A stretch of DNA of 64,000 bases, taken from contig CAWDVW010000007.1 in NCBI GenBank assembly GCA_963805855.1, positions 256,001-320,000 on the forward strand, given 5' to 3'. The stretch is from Candidatus Dadabacteria bacterium. GTDB lineage: Bacteria; Desulfobacterota_D; UBA1144; Nemesobacterales; CSP1-2. The translations under genes were made by a program, and so were the position numbers. Each line of letters starts with the position of its first letter. The stretch's first letter is position 1. This document shows positions 1 through 10,307 of the stretch, piece after piece. Below the pieces are notes generated by a model. It had not been told where the DNA came from. It saw only the letters and a list, made by a program, of their open reading frames with translations, and did no database searches.

Positions 1-924
1 GACTACCGGGTTTACCGATTCCAGATGGCTGGGGTTGGGTGCAAGGGTTACAACCATTTCAATCAGTTTGCCGCTTTTCAATGCCCTGCTGGCTCCTTCA
101 TGATATTTTACGTCACCTGTCCAACCCATATCATCTTTGAAGTCGCGCGCAAGCACAGGGTCTCTAAACTTTACGAGGGCTTGTACGTAGGGTTTGTTGA
201 GAACGTGGGCCATCACGTTCAGCCGTCCCCGATGGGCCATACCCAGAAGGATGTTCCTGATGCCTGCCTCTGCTGCTTCAGCTATCATCTCGTTTAACAT
301 AGGTACCAGCATATCCACGCCCTCTATTGAGAAGCGAAATTTGCCGGGGAATATACGGTGAAGAAAGCGTTCAAAAACCTCTACCTTAGTAAGCGTCTCG
401 AGAATTGCCTTTGGATCAATGGGGTCTTTCGGCGGGCGGAAACGACCCGATTCAGCGGTTAGCCTTAACCATTCACGCTCCTCGGGTATGTGAATGTGAT
501 CGTAATCAAAACCGATTTTGGATGTATATATTTTAAAAAGGGATTCGATTGCATCGTGTGCGCTTTCTGCTTCCTCAGCAACAGGGCCGCCGACAAGGCT
601 CGGTGGCAACTGAGTAAGCTCCTCCTTTGTCAATCCATGTGCGGAAAACTGCAGTGAAGGATCCCCGGGGGGATCACTACCAAGAGGGTCAATACTTGCA
701 GCCAGGTGGCCATAAGCGCGGATGTCCTGTGCGAGAATAACGGCACCGGTGATTTTATCAATGTCAGCGGCTCGAGCGGGGGTCTCGCCGTCGATCTCCG
801 GCTTCCAACGTTCAAACATAGCTCTTGTTCGCGAGTCGACGGAGTCCGGATCCGCGTGATATTTGCTGTATAGGTCTAGTATATAACCTGCATTAGGTCC
901 ATGGAAGTCCTTCCAGATATTCAT
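1..924 (-). CDS. sucA: 2-oxoglutarate dehydrogenase E1 subunit, 5' part (runs off window start)
   Basis: Not in ORF track. Manual minus-strand translation from ATG at 924: MNIWKDFHGPNAGY...FERFLHRIFPGKFRFSIEG...GMAHRGRLNV...GDVKYHEG...LAPNPSHLESVNPVV. Confidence 0.95.
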   Translation of the reverse strand, partial: MNIWKDFHGPNAGYILDLYSKYHADPDSVDSRTRAMFERWKPEIDGETPARAADIDKITGAVILAQDIRAYGHLAASIDPLGSDPPGDPSLQFSAHGLTKEELTQLPPSLVGGPVAEEAESAHDAIESLFKIYTSKIGFDYDHIHIPEEREWLRLTAESGRFRPPKDPIDPKAILETLTKVEVFERFLHRIFPGKFRFSIEGVDMLVPMLNEMIAEAAEAGIRNILLGMAHRGRLNVMAHVLNKPYVQALVKFRDPVLARDFKDDMGWTGDVKYHEGASRALKSGKLIEMVVTLAPNPSHLESVNPVV

Positions 925-1072
925 ATATTTGCTTAAGATTCCTTGTCAATGTGTTGTGTCGGTTTGATCTTAAAATAATAGCACAATCATACACAAATTA
1001 AAAATCGATAAGGTGGAATCAAAAAATTCTAAGAGCCTTGATTTAAAGCTATAAATATGACAATGTTAAGTC

Positions 1073-1100
1073 TTGACATCAATCTTACGAGAATTATTTT
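1073..1100 (+). promoter_or_regulatory. Putative sigma70 promoter for the ABC operon
   Basis: TTGACA-16 nt-TATTTT, ~30 nt upstream of ATG 1129. Confidence 0.4.
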
Positions 1101-1128
1101 TTACCTAAATTCAATAGCTTAGTAATAT

Positions 1129-2055
1129 ATGATAAGTGTTTCGGGCGTAACCAAATGTTATGGCAATCTGATTGCCATCGATAACATATCCTTCCGGGTG
1201 GAGAAGGGTGAGATCTTAGGTTTTTTGGGGCCAAATGGTGCCGGAAAAACTACTACTATGCGTATGATAACCGGTTATACACCCCCTACGGAAGGCGAGG
1301 TCCGGGTTGGAGGCTTTGACGTTGTTGAAGACCCCATTTCGGCTAAGAAGCAGATAGGGTATTTGCCTGAGAATCCACCACTTTACAATGAAATGACTGT
1401 TCGGGGCTATCTTGACTTCGTGGCAGATTTAAAGGATGTACCTGGCAAAATAAAGCCGGAGAGAATTGGCTTTGTGATGGAGAAATGTGGAATTGCGGAT
1501 GTAGAAAACAGACTTATCGGAAATCTCTCGAAGGGATATAGGCAGAGGATTGGAATTGGACAGGCATTGGTGAATGATCCTCCTGTTCTCATACTCGACG
1601 AACCTACTATCGGTCTCGACCCGAAGCAGATCATCGAAATCAGGGAGCTCATAAAAGGCCTCGCCGGAGACCGGACCATTATACTTAGTACGCACATCCT
1701 ACCGGAAGTAAACATGATATGCACACGGGTTATTATTATTCATAAGGGAAAGATAGCACTCGAGGAGTCGCTTGATAGAATCGCCGGGGACTCGCAGGCG
1801 CCGAAAATTCTGCTACTTAAAATCAATCGTAGCGACGACAATGTGAAGGACAGGATTCGGGTTCTACCCCACGTTTCTGAAGTGAGTGTAATCTCTCACG
1901 GAGAGTTCAGGGTTACGTGTGAAGGGTCGCATGATGTCAGGGATCTAATTGCAAAAACGGTGGTCGAAAATGGCTGGGGGTTGTTAGAGTTGCGCCCGTT
2001 TACTCAATCTCTAGAAGAGATATTTCTCAAAGTGATTTCGGCCGAAGGTGAATAA
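1129..2055 (+). CDS. ABC-2 exporter ATP-binding subunit (GldA-like)
   Basis: Walker A GPNGAGKTT, LSKGYRQR signature, ILDEPT Walker B. Confidence 0.92.
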   Translation: MISVSGVTKCYGNLIAIDNISFRVEKGEILGFLGPNGAGKTTTMRMITGYTPPTEGEVRVGGFDVVEDPISAKKQIGYLPENPPLYNEMTVRGYLDFVADLKDVPGKIKPERIGFVMEKCGIADVENRLIGNLSKGYRQRIGIGQALVNDPPVLILDEPTIGLDPKQIIEIRELIKGLAGDRTIILSTHILPEVNMICTRVIIIHKGKIALEESLDRIAGDSQAPKILLLKINRSDDNVKDRIRVLPHVSEVSVISHGEFRVTCEGSHDVRDLIAKTVVENGWGLLELRPFTQSLEEIFLKVISAEGE

Positions 2056-2808
2056 ATGAAGGCACTGTTCACTGTATTCAGGAAGGAGTTGAGATCCTAC
2101 TTTTCTTCTCCGATCGCATTTGTTGTCCTATTTGTATTTCTCGTTATTTCTGGGATTTTCTTTTTTCTGTACCTACAAAGTTTCGCCGAGGCGCAATTTG
2201 ATCCACGGTTACAGTTTGTTGAGGAAGGGGTTAACCTGAACGAAATTGTGATTCGTCCGTTCTTCGGAACAATTAGTGTCGTTTTCCTTCTATTAATCCC
2301 TCTCATGACAATGCGCCTTATCGCGGACGAGAGAAGAAGCTTTACGGCGGAGCTGCTGTTTACGTCGCCCGTCAGGATAACCAGTATCATCATGGGTAAA
2401 TACCTGGCATCCCTGTTGCTATTCGGCATAATGATCATTCTTTCGGCTGTTTACATTCTGGTACTGGTCAAATACGGAAATCCCGATCTAGGGCCTATTC
2501 TTTCTGGCTATCTAGGGCTATTTCTTATGGGGGCTAGCTTTCTGGCCGTCGGGATTTTTGCTTCTGCTCTTACAGAGAATCAGATGATTGCAGCGGTAAT
2601 ATCATTTGGAGTACTTCTTGTGTTTTGGATCATGGGTGCCACTTCAAGTGCTGGGGATTCTGTCTTTGGTTATCTTTCCATCATTAACCATTTTGAAAAC
2701 TTTGCAAAAGGTGTCATCAAACTAACGGATGTAACGTATTATTTGTCATTTACCTTCCTTGGGCTCTACCTGGCTTACATAACGCTAGATTCGGAGAGGT
2801 GGAAATGA
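2056..2808 (+). CDS. ABC-2 permease (GldF-like)
   Basis: RKELRSYFSSPIA start, about 6 TM segments, abuts the ATPase. Confidence 0.88.
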   Translation: MKALFTVFRKELRSYFSSPIAFVVLFVFLVISGIFFFLYLQSFAEAQFDPRLQFVEEGVNLNEIVIRPFFGTISVVFLLLIPLMTMRLIADERRSFTAELLFTSPVRITSIIMGKYLASLLLFGIMIILSAVYILVLVKYGNPDLGPILSGYLGLFLMGASFLAVGIFASALTENQMIAAVISFGVLLVFWIMGATSSAGDSVFGYLSIINHFENFAKGVIKLTDVTYYLSFTFLGLYLAYITLDSERWK

Positions 2809-4169
2809 GAAGAAGGCGCATATTTATCCACGGCACGAATGCCCTCGTATTGACACTATTAATTCTTGGGATCCTGGCGGTAATAAACTATCTTTCCTGG
2901 AAAATCGGATCAAAGTTAGATGTTACCCGAGAGAGGCTCCATTCAGTCTCGGATCAAACAATCAAAGTACTGAATGGTCTTGACAAGGATATCGAGGTAC
3001 TTGCATTTTTTAAAGATGTTGGACTGGACAGACTGGAATTTCAGGAGTTGATGGGTGAATACACTGGGAGGAGCCACAGGATCAAGTTTAGATTCATCGA
3101 TGCCGATAAGGAGCCCGGAGTGGCCAGGAAATACGAAATTGATGATTATGGAACGGTTGTATTATCAAGCGGCGACCGAGAAATCAAGGTAAAGGTATCC
3201 GATCCGATCTCTGGTACTATCAAAAATAATACCGAACAAGAACTCACAAATGCGCTGATAAAGCTATCGAGTGACAAGAAGAAGGGTGTTTATTTCCTTG
3301 TAGGCCACGGAGAGAGGGATATCAATAATAATTCGGACGCGGGAGGTTTGGGGAAGTTGAAGAGAACACTCGAAGAGGAGGGTTATGAGGTCGGAGAATT
3401 GCTACTACTCAGAGAGTCGATAATACCGAGTAAAAACTCAATTTTGATAATTGCCTCTCCGGCTAAACCTTTATCTGAAAAGGAACTCGGCGATATAAAA
3501 AAATATCTGGATGAAGGAGGTAGGGCTGTATTCCTCATAGAACCAAGAATGGGTGGCGATCTAGTTTCACTATTGAAAGACTATGGTATTGAAGTAGAGA
3601 ATGATATAGTAATAGATCCTTCTTCAAAAATGGTTGGCGGTGGGGATGTTGCTCCCATAGTCGCACAATATCCGAATCACGGAATTACTGATAATTTCCG
3701 TCTTGCCACGATCTTTCCGTTCTCGAGAAGCATTAATGTGACTAGCAAAGACAACGTAACAAATAAGCTCATCGCCAATACAAGTCAGTTTAGCTGGTCA
3801 GAACGAAATTTAAGCCTCTTTGATCAGGGGACTGCCCGGCAAGACGATGGAGATAAGCCGGGGCCGCTCGGAGTCGCTGAAGCGAGTGAGATCGGAGAGA
3901 AAAGTAAGGTTGCAGTTTTCGGGAGTGCCGATTTTGTGTCGAACAGATTTTTTGGTTTTTCCGGGAATAGCGATTTATTTCTTAATACAGTGCACTGGAT
4001 CGTAGGTGACGAGAATCTGATTTCAATTCGGCCCAAAGTGGCCGAGGGAGGGAAATTGACCATAACCCAAAATCAATTGACCGTTATTTTTATGGTCACT
4101 GTTGTTCTGTTTCCGGCAATCGTTTTATTTGCGGGGGTTGGGGTTTGGTTGAAAAGGAGAAATATGTAG
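2805..4169 (+). CDS. GldG-family ABC auxiliary component
   Basis: N- and C-terminal TM helices, YFLVGHGE motif, N.DLFLN.V.W motif; ATGA overlap with permease stop. Confidence 0.85.
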   Translation: MRRRRIFIHGTNALVLTLLILGILAVINYLSWKIGSKLDVTRERLHSVSDQTIKVLNGLDKDIEVLAFFKDVGLDRLEFQELMGEYTGRSHRIKFRFIDADKEPGVARKYEIDDYGTVVLSSGDREIKVKVSDPISGTIKNNTEQELTNALIKLSSDKKKGVYFLVGHGERDINNNSDAGGLGKLKRTLEEEGYEVGELLLLRESIIPSKNSILIIASPAKPLSEKELGDIKKYLDEGGRAVFLIEPRMGGDLVSLLKDYGIEVENDIVIDPSSKMVGGGDVAPIVAQYPNHGITDNFRLATIFPFSRSINVTSKDNVTNKLIANTSQFSWSERNLSLFDQGTARQDDGDKPGPLGVAEASEIGEKSKVAVFGSADFVSNRFFGFSGNSDLFLNTVHWIVGDENLISIRPKVAEGGKLTITQNQLTVIFMVTVVLFPAIVLFAGVGVWLKRRNM

Positions 4170-4205
4170 CACAAATAACGAATCTATGCCCATTATAAAA
4201 TAGTC

Positions 4206-5546
4206 ATGAATAAAACTCTTAAAACGTTCTCCCCCACGCTCATTGCGGCGCTAATCCTTATCGTCCTTCTCGGCTATCTCTTTCTGTCTGAAATTATGGG
4301 AAACAAGGAAACCGAAACCGAGAAAGCACTATTCCCCGAAATCAACAAACCACAAATAGGCTCTATGACTCTTAGATACGCTAATCATGAAATAACCTTG
4401 ACTGAGGATGCAGGTAAATGGCTTGTAATTAAAGATTCAAAAAGATTTAGTGGCGATAACGATGTTGTTGGGAGCCTTCTTAACGAAATTTCAGAGATGG
4501 AAGTTCAGAAGATTGCCGCCGATAATCCTTCGAGTTTGGATGATTTTGGACTGAATAATCCTCGAGCGGAAGTGATATTCAGGATGCCTCACCATGAATA
4601 TAAGCTTTTAGTAGGTTCAGAGACCCCGGTAGGTTCAGGTACGTATGTTAAGACTGGCGAGGGCGGCAAGGTACTGATTGTTGACAAAAATTCTCTTTTG
4701 CCGTTTCTGGACAGATCAGAAAATGATTTCAGGGATAAGCAAATCCTCGCACTGGACGAGGATAAGATAAATAGCATTACCTTTAGGTCAGATGACTCAT
4801 CATTTGAAGTCGAAAGAGAAGATGGGAGGTGGCTTGGAAAGGATATGCCTGATTATATTCAACTCGATCAAGACAGGATAAGGTTGATTCTAAAAGCATT
4901 TTTGAATTTAAATATAGATAATTTCGAAACAGATAATCCCAAGAATCTATCTGCATACGGCCTGGACAATCCAAGTGCCGAGATTGAAATCTTTGAAGAC
5001 GATAATTCGACTAGAATCTTATTCGGAAATAAGAAGGAGAATGGTGATTATTATATAAAGCTTGATTCAGAAAGCCCGGTTTATTTAGTATCTGAACATG
5101 TATTCTTCCAGATCCCCGAAAAGATGGATGAAATAAGGGTGCGAAAGGTAGTAGTCATAGACCCAATGAGGGTAAGAGGAGTGGAGATAAAAGAGGGTGG
5201 TAAAGATCTATCGGTGAGCAAAATTGGGGATAGGTGGATGGTTATAAACGATGGGAAAGCACAAGTAAACGAGAAAAAAATTAAAGACCTATTGAATGAA
5301 ATTGGTAGCCTAGAGGTTGAAACCTTTGTTGATGATAATCCCCGGGACCTAGCCCCGTATGGTTTGGACAGACCAGAATTACAGATAACGGTTACCGGAC
5401 CGGGTGATGAGATGGTCACGCTACTTTTTGGGAGTAAAGAGGACAAAAAGTTATATACCAAGATTTCGGGTCAGGACTCAATTTATAAAACGAGCGATGT
5501 AATACTCTCTAAGATACATGTCGCTGAGAATGAATTCGGGAAATGA
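4206..5546 (+). CDS. DUF4340-domain protein
   Basis: N-terminal anchor, three repeats of L..(F/Y)GL..P; usual position after GldG-like gene. Confidence 0.8.
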   Translation: MNKTLKTFSPTLIAALILIVLLGYLFLSEIMGNKETETEKALFPEINKPQIGSMTLRYANHEITLTEDAGKWLVIKDSKRFSGDNDVVGSLLNEISEMEVQKIAADNPSSLDDFGLNNPRAEVIFRMPHHEYKLLVGSETPVGSGTYVKTGEGGKVLIVDKNSLLPFLDRSENDFRDKQILALDEDKINSITFRSDDSSFEVEREDGRWLGKDMPDYIQLDQDRIRLILKAFLNLNIDNFETDNPKNLSAYGLDNPSAEIEIFEDDNSTRILFGNKKENGDYYIKLDSESPVYLVSEHVFFQIPEKMDEIRVRKVVVIDPMRVRGVEIKEGGKDLSVSKIGDRWMVINDGKAQVNEKKIKDLLNEIGSLEVETFVDDNPRDLAPYGLDRPELQITVTGPGDEMVTLLFGSKEDKKLYTKISGQDSIYKTSDVILSKIHVAENEFGK

Positions 5547-5876
5547 ACGGCAATGATCCATGCAATTTCATAATCCTCGCTTTCTATCAATTGAGAAGTT
5601 GCCTGATGTCCAATATAAATGTAAAAAGCAATAGTTTGACTGTGCAAGATTTATCTGCGAAGACAAATTCAGTGGCTTTATTTTAAACATTCGAATCCTC
5701 ATTTGATTCTACCGTTAGTACATTCTCGTATCCATTATTCTCCACAATGATGAACAACGTTTTTCTAATCTTTTTAACAACTAACGACTCTAGCTAGTCG
5801 GGACCTTGTTGATTATGGTTTTCTCTGGAGGGCAGGAGTTTCAGCTGGCTTATTTGTGCACGAGAAATCATTACCC

Positions 5877-7667
5877 CTACATTTTTTTCAGATCCAGCTT
5901 TATCCCCAATTCAATAAGCTGCTTTTCTTCGACTTTAGAAGGGGCTTCGGTTAGCGGGCATCCCCCTTTTTGCGTCTTTGGAAAGGCAATCACCTCCCTT
6001 ATGGAGTCTACTCCGGCTAGTAACATAACCAGTCTATCAAGGCCTAGCGCAATCCCACCGTGGGGTGGCGCTCCGAATTCCAGTGCTTCGAGGAGGAAGC
6101 CGAACTTATTAGTGGCCTCATTTGGTTTGATCCCCAGTTTACTGAAAATGGCTTCCTGCACGTCCTTCCTGTGTATTCTGATACTACCGCCACCGATCTC
6201 GACACCGTTAAGCACAATGTCATAGGCTCTCGATCTTACTGCTCCGGGGTTATCATTGAGTAAAATCAGGTCATCTTCTTTAGGAGACGTGAAGGGGTGA
6301 TGCAACGATATATACCTATTTTCACTCTCGTCAAATTCCAACAATGGAAAATCGGTGACCCACACTAGTTCATAACTATCACCTGGAATAAGGTTGAGAG
6401 ATTTCCCAAAGCTCAGTCTAAGATTCGATAGGACCAGATTCACGATATAAGAACTATCCGCTGCGAAAAATATAATGTCTTTATCTTCGATGCCTAAAGC
6501 ACGTTTCAGTTGATCCTTTTCTGTCTCACTAAGGAATTTAACAATAGGGGATTGCCATTCACCATTATCAACCCTTATCCACGCCAGACCCTTAGCGCCC
6601 AGTGATTTCGCATATTCGGTCTGGTCATCTATTTGTTTTCTTGATAGTACGTTAGCTTTCCCCTTCACGTTTAATGCTTTGATTATCCCACCTTTTTTTA
6701 CCGTATCGCTAAAGACTCTGAAATCCGAATTTTTGAATATCTGCGTTATGTCATTCAACTCTAATCCGAATCTGGTATCTGGCCTATCGTTACCATATTT
6801 CAACATTGCCTCATCAAAACTTATTCTTTGAAAAGGGGTACGAATCTCTTTGTGCTTTACCTCTTTAAAAATGGCCTTCAGCATACCTTCAACCGTTTCT
6901 ATCACGTCATCTTCCCCTACAAATGACATCTCCATATCTATCTGGGTGAATTCAGGCTGTCTGTCTGCGCGCAGGTCTTCGTCGCGGAAGCATTTCGCGA
7001 TCTGATAATACTTATCAAATCCCGAAATCATGAGTGTTTGTTTCAACAACTGTGGTGATTGGGGAAGGGCATAGAACTCGCCCTGATTAAGCCTGCTTGG
7101 AACCAGAAAATCCCTCGCTCCTTCGGGTGTAGATCTTGTGAGCTGAGGTGTTTCGAACTCAATGAACCCGTGAGAATTAAGATAGTTTCTTGTCGTGCTT
7201 ACGACCTTATGCCTGAGCAACAAATTTTCTTTCATTACAGGTCTTCTCAGATCGAGGTACCGGTACTTCATCCTTAATAGTTCATCAACGATTATGTCGT
7301 TTTCGATCAAGAAAGGAAGAACCTTTGACTGATTTAAAATTCGTATCTCCTGTGCTATAACCTCAATCTCGCCGGTTTTAATATTTGGATTTATTGTTTC
7401 GGGCGTTCGATTCGAGACTATACCTTTGACGGCAATTACCCATTCATCCTTGATTGTTTCCGCCTTCTTATGAGAATCAAGGCTTTTTTCGGGGTTGAAC
7501 ACGACTTGGATTAATCCTTCGCGGTCTCTAAGATCAACGAAAATTACCCCACCGTGATCCCTGTGGGATTGGACCCAACCCATTACGATTACTTCGCGAT
7601 TTAGATCCTTCGTGCCAAGATTTCCGCAATGATCCGTCCTCTTCCACTCACCTAAAAGCTCGAGCAT
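5877..7667 (-). CDS. aspS: Aspartate--tRNA ligase
   Basis: [49 protein letters not shown]. Confidence 0.97.
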   Translation of the reverse strand: MLELLGEWKRTDHCGNLGTKDLNREVIVMGWVQSHRDHGGVIFVDLRDREGLIQVVFNPEKSLDSHKKAETIKDEWVIAVKGIVSNRTPETINPNIKTGEIEVIAQEIRILNQSKVLPFLIENDIIVDELLRMKYRYLDLRRPVMKENLLLRHKVVSTTRNYLNSHGFIEFETPQLTRSTPEGARDFLVPSRLNQGEFYALPQSPQLLKQTLMISGFDKYYQIAKCFRDEDLRADRQPEFTQIDMEMSFVGEDDVIETVEGMLKAIFKEVKHKEIRTPFQRISFDEAMLKYGNDRPDTRFGLELNDITQIFKNSDFRVFSDTVKKGGIIKALNVKGKANVLSRKQIDDQTEYAKSLGAKGLAWIRVDNGEWQSPIVKFLSETEKDQLKRALGIEDKDIIFFAADSSYIVNLVLSNLRLSFGKSLNLIPGDSYELVWVTDFPLLEFDESENRYISLHHPFTSPKEDDLILLNDNPGAVRSRAYDIVLNGVEIGGGSIRIHRKDVQEAIFSKLGIKPNEATNKFGFLLEALEFGAPPHGGIALGLDRLVMLLAGVDSIREVIAFPKTQKGGCPLTEAPSKVEEKQLIELGIKLDLKKM

Positions 7668-7783
7668 GCTGAAGAACTCCCTTAGATTTAAGTTTAGAAG
7701 CTAAAAATGTTAACCTTATTAAATAATGTTAGCAAGGTGTGAGATTTCTGTTGTCAGACAACATATGATGGCCCATAGTTTGC

Positions 7784-8199
7784 ATGGAATACAATCCTGA
7801 TTTGCGCAATAGAAGGTCTGTTAGGTTGAAAGAGTATGATTACTCACAGCCTGGGGCTTATTTTGTTACGATAATGTGGTCTTTGTTAAAGGAATTGTAG
7901 GGGCAGACCCGCGTGTCTGCCCGAATTATAAGGGCGAACATAGGGGTTCACCCCTACATAAGATAATCCAATGGTTTAGAACGATGACAATAAATGAATA
8001 CATTAGGGGTGTAAAGACGGGTGAATTAAGGCCATTCCATGGTAAATTCTGGCAGCGGAATTATTACGAACACATTATCCGTGATGAAGATGATTTGAAT
8101 AAAATAAGAGAATATATGCAGAACAATCCATAGAAATGGCATCTGGACATTGAAAATCCAAAAGCCGTGGCCAAAGCCAAGCCGAGGGTAAAATTTTAG
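7784..8199 (+). pseudogene. REP-associated tyrosine transposase (RAYT/TnpA-REP) remnant
   Basis: MEYNPDLRNRRSVRLKEYDYSQPGAYFVTI, then frame break with the HUH segment missing, then IIQWFRTMT...FWQRNYYEHIIRDE...YMQNNP*KW (in-frame stop at 8131). Confidence 0.85.
7897..7957. repeat. Inverted pair of GTAG-type REP hairpins inside the RAYT remnant
   Basis: GTAGGGGCAGACCCGCGTGTCTGCCC ... GGGCGAACATAGGGGTTCACCCCTAC. Confidence 0.75.
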
Positions 8200-8200
8200 A

Positions 8201-8228
8201 GTAGAGACGCAAAATGTTGGGTCTCCAC
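8201..8228. repeat. GTAG-type REP palindrome
   Basis: GTAGAGACGCAAAATGTTGGGTCTCCAC, near-copy of 9301-9328. Confidence 0.75.
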
Positions 8229-8240
8229 ATTTTCTCAAAT

Positions 8241-9140
8241 ATGAAAACTACAGATAATTTCCATTCAGGTTTTATTTCGATAGTAGGTAGTCCCAATGTT
8301 GGAAAGTCAACATTGCTAAACGTCCTAGTTGGAAGAAAAATATCTGCCGTTTCTGAAAAGCCGAATACTACGAGGAACCGAATTGTTGGTATTAAAACCC
8401 TGCCTTGCGCTCAGCTTATATTTCTGGATACCCCTGGTATCCACAGGGCGGCCAAGGGATCGCTTGGGAGAGGAATGGTTCAGGCTTCGATGGCAGCGCT
8501 TGGAGAGGCAGATGTTATCTTATTACTGATAGATGTGAAGTCACCATTTAATCAGCAAGATCTATATGTAATTAATAACCTTCCGAAGCCTGCTATTCTG
8601 GTGTTGAACAAGATTGATTTGATAAAGAAATCGACGATCCTGAACATCATCAATCAGTCTCAGCAGTTTGAAGATAAGTTTGCAGAAGTCTTACCGGTAT
8701 CCGCATTACAAGCGGATGGGATCGATGATCTGATACAAACTACAATAAAATACCTCCCAATCGGTCCAAAATACTTTCCAGACGATATGATTACTGATAG
8801 ATCAGAAGGGTTTCTGATTGCGGAACTGATTAGAGAAAAGGTGTTTGCTCTGACCCGTGACGAGGTTCCATATAAAACAGCAGTCCTTGTCGAGGAGATT
8901 GATGAAGTGCCAGAGAGGAATTTGGTGAGAATTTCTGCCTTGATCTATGTTGAGAGGAAAACTCACAGGGGAATTATTATAGGTAATCAAGGCCAAATGT
9001 TGAAGAGAATAGGGACCCTTGCAAGAGCAGAAATTGAAAGGATACTGGGTGCAAACGTCTATCTCAAGCTTTGGGTCAAGGTCAGTGAAAGATGGAGTGA
9101 GAGAGGCGACCTGATTGATGAGTTTGGATATGCAAGGTAG
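8241..9140 (+). CDS. era: GTPase Era
   Basis: GSPNVGKSTL, TTRNRI, DTPG, NKID, KH-domain GIIIG. Confidence 0.96.
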   Translation: MKTTDNFHSGFISIVGSPNVGKSTLLNVLVGRKISAVSEKPNTTRNRIVGIKTLPCAQLIFLDTPGIHRAAKGSLGRGMVQASMAALGEADVILLLIDVKSPFNQQDLYVINNLPKPAILVLNKIDLIKKSTILNIINQSQQFEDKFAEVLPVSALQADGIDDLIQTTIKYLPIGPKYFPDDMITDRSEGFLIAELIREKVFALTRDEVPYKTAVLVEEIDEVPERNLVRISALIYVERKTHRGIIIGNQGQMLKRIGTLARAEIERILGANVYLKLWVKVSERWSERGDLIDEFGYAR

Positions 9141-9148
9141 GAAAAAAT

Positions 9149-9195
9149 TGCAGGATGCAAGACACACGATGCAGGATAAATGATGTATCCTGCAT
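9149..9195. repeat. GATGCAN heptad-repeat hairpin after era
   Basis: TGCAGGATGCAAGACACACGATGCAGGATA...TATCCTGCAT; same heptad as the tRNA-spacer repeats. Confidence 0.65.
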
Positions 9196-9300
9196 GACGT
9201 GCCGTTCATTTCTTTGTCATTTGTGTTGATTTTCAGCTAAATCTTTTTTAACGCGCCAGAAAGAATCGTTTATTATCAGCTGTCATAGAAAGATATTTTA

Positions 9301-9328
9301 GTAGAGACGCAATATTTTGCGTCTCTAC
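9301..9328. repeat. GTAG-type REP palindrome
   Basis: GTAGAGACGCAATATTTTGCGTCTCTAC. Confidence 0.8.
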
Positions 9329-9356
9329 ATTTTGGATGATTACGAGGAGAATAAGA

Positions 9357-9863
9357 ATGGATACATTTGAATGTATAAGAAAAAGAAGGAACATAAGGAG
9401 TTTCATGGAGAGGGACGTGAGCGATGAAGTGATCATGAAAATAATTGAGGCCGGCAGATTGGCTCCAAGTGCAATGAACCTTCAGCCCTGGCATTTTATT
9501 GTGATAAGAGATAGGCAGACTATAGAGTCTCTGGGACCTCTCTGTACAAGCGGGAGGTTTGTGGTAGACGCCTCATTTGCCATAGTTGTTGTTACAGATC
9601 CTTCAAATAAATGGCACGAGATAGATGGTGCAAGGGCGGTTCAGAATATGGCACTTGCCGGGTGGAATGAAGGAGTAGGTTGTTGCTGGATTGGCGCTAT
9701 TGATAGGCAAAAAGTAAAGGAGCTAATCAATATTCCCCCGAAGCTTCACGTGCTCACAATACTTCCCTTTGGCTACCCCGAGCAATTTACGGTGAAGAGA
9801 AAGAAGAATCGCAAATCTGTTGACGAAGTTTTTCACAGAGAGAAATTTGGGGTTAAACTTTAA
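9357..9863 (+). CDS. Nitroreductase family protein
   Basis: RRNIRSF, APSAMNLQPWHF, G.G.CWIG; AGGAGA RBS before 9357. Confidence 0.9.
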   Translation: MDTFECIRKRRNIRSFMERDVSDEVIMKIIEAGRLAPSAMNLQPWHFIVIRDRQTIESLGPLCTSGRFVVDASFAIVVVTDPSNKWHEIDGARAVQNMALAGWNEGVGCCWIGAIDRQKVKELINIPPKLHVLTILPFGYPEQFTVKRKKNRKSVDEVFHREKFGVKL

Positions 9864-9867
9864 TAGA

Positions 9868-10305
9868 AGAATTCAGGAGACGGGAGTTAGAATGCAGAAG
9901 GAATAAGTTGGTCTTGAAATGTGCGATTGTAAGAAACCGGCCAGGACCTTTGAGGATTTATTAGTTTGGAACAAAGCACATGAATTTGTGTTATCCACGT
10001 ACCGATTTAGTGCTTCATTTCCCCAGCATGAACTCTATGGACTTACTTTACAAATGCGTAGATCCGCAGTGTCAATTCCGGCAAACATTGCTGAGGGATT
10101 TAAGAAACGGGGCAAATCCGATAAAGCCCGATTCATGAATATTGCTCAGGGCTCGATTGAAGAGAGCCGCTACTATTTAATCTTAACTAATGATTTAGGT
10201 TATGGAGAAACTAAGGAATTGATGAATAAATTAGCAGAAGTAAGTCGTATATTGCAAGTATACACAAAATCAATTCTGTCTTCTGTCTCCTGACTCCTGT
10301 ATTCT
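9868..10305 (+). mobile_element. Four-helix-bundle gene bracketed by inverted heptad repeats
   Basis: 9868-9900 AGAATTC-AGGAGAC-GGGAGTT-AGAATGC-AGAAG matches the reverse complement of 10273-10305 (AGAATAC-AGGAGTC-AGGAGAC-AGAAGAC-AGAAT). Confidence 0.6.
9919..10293 (+). CDS. Four helix bundle protein (23S rRNA intervening-sequence protein family)
   Basis: FEDLLVW.KAH, FP.HE.YGL..QMRRSAVSIPANIAEG, IAQGS..E. Confidence 0.92.
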   Translation: MCDCKKPARTFEDLLVWNKAHEFVLSTYRFSASFPQHELYGLTLQMRRSAVSIPANIAEGFKKRGKSDKARFMNIAQGSIEESRYYLILTNDLGYGETKELMNKLAEVSRILQVYTKSILSSVS

Positions 10306-10307
10306 GG

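Noticed and set aside
25-815. ORF-track calls 25-297 and 630-815
   Set aside because: They overlap sucA on the opposite strand or in another frame
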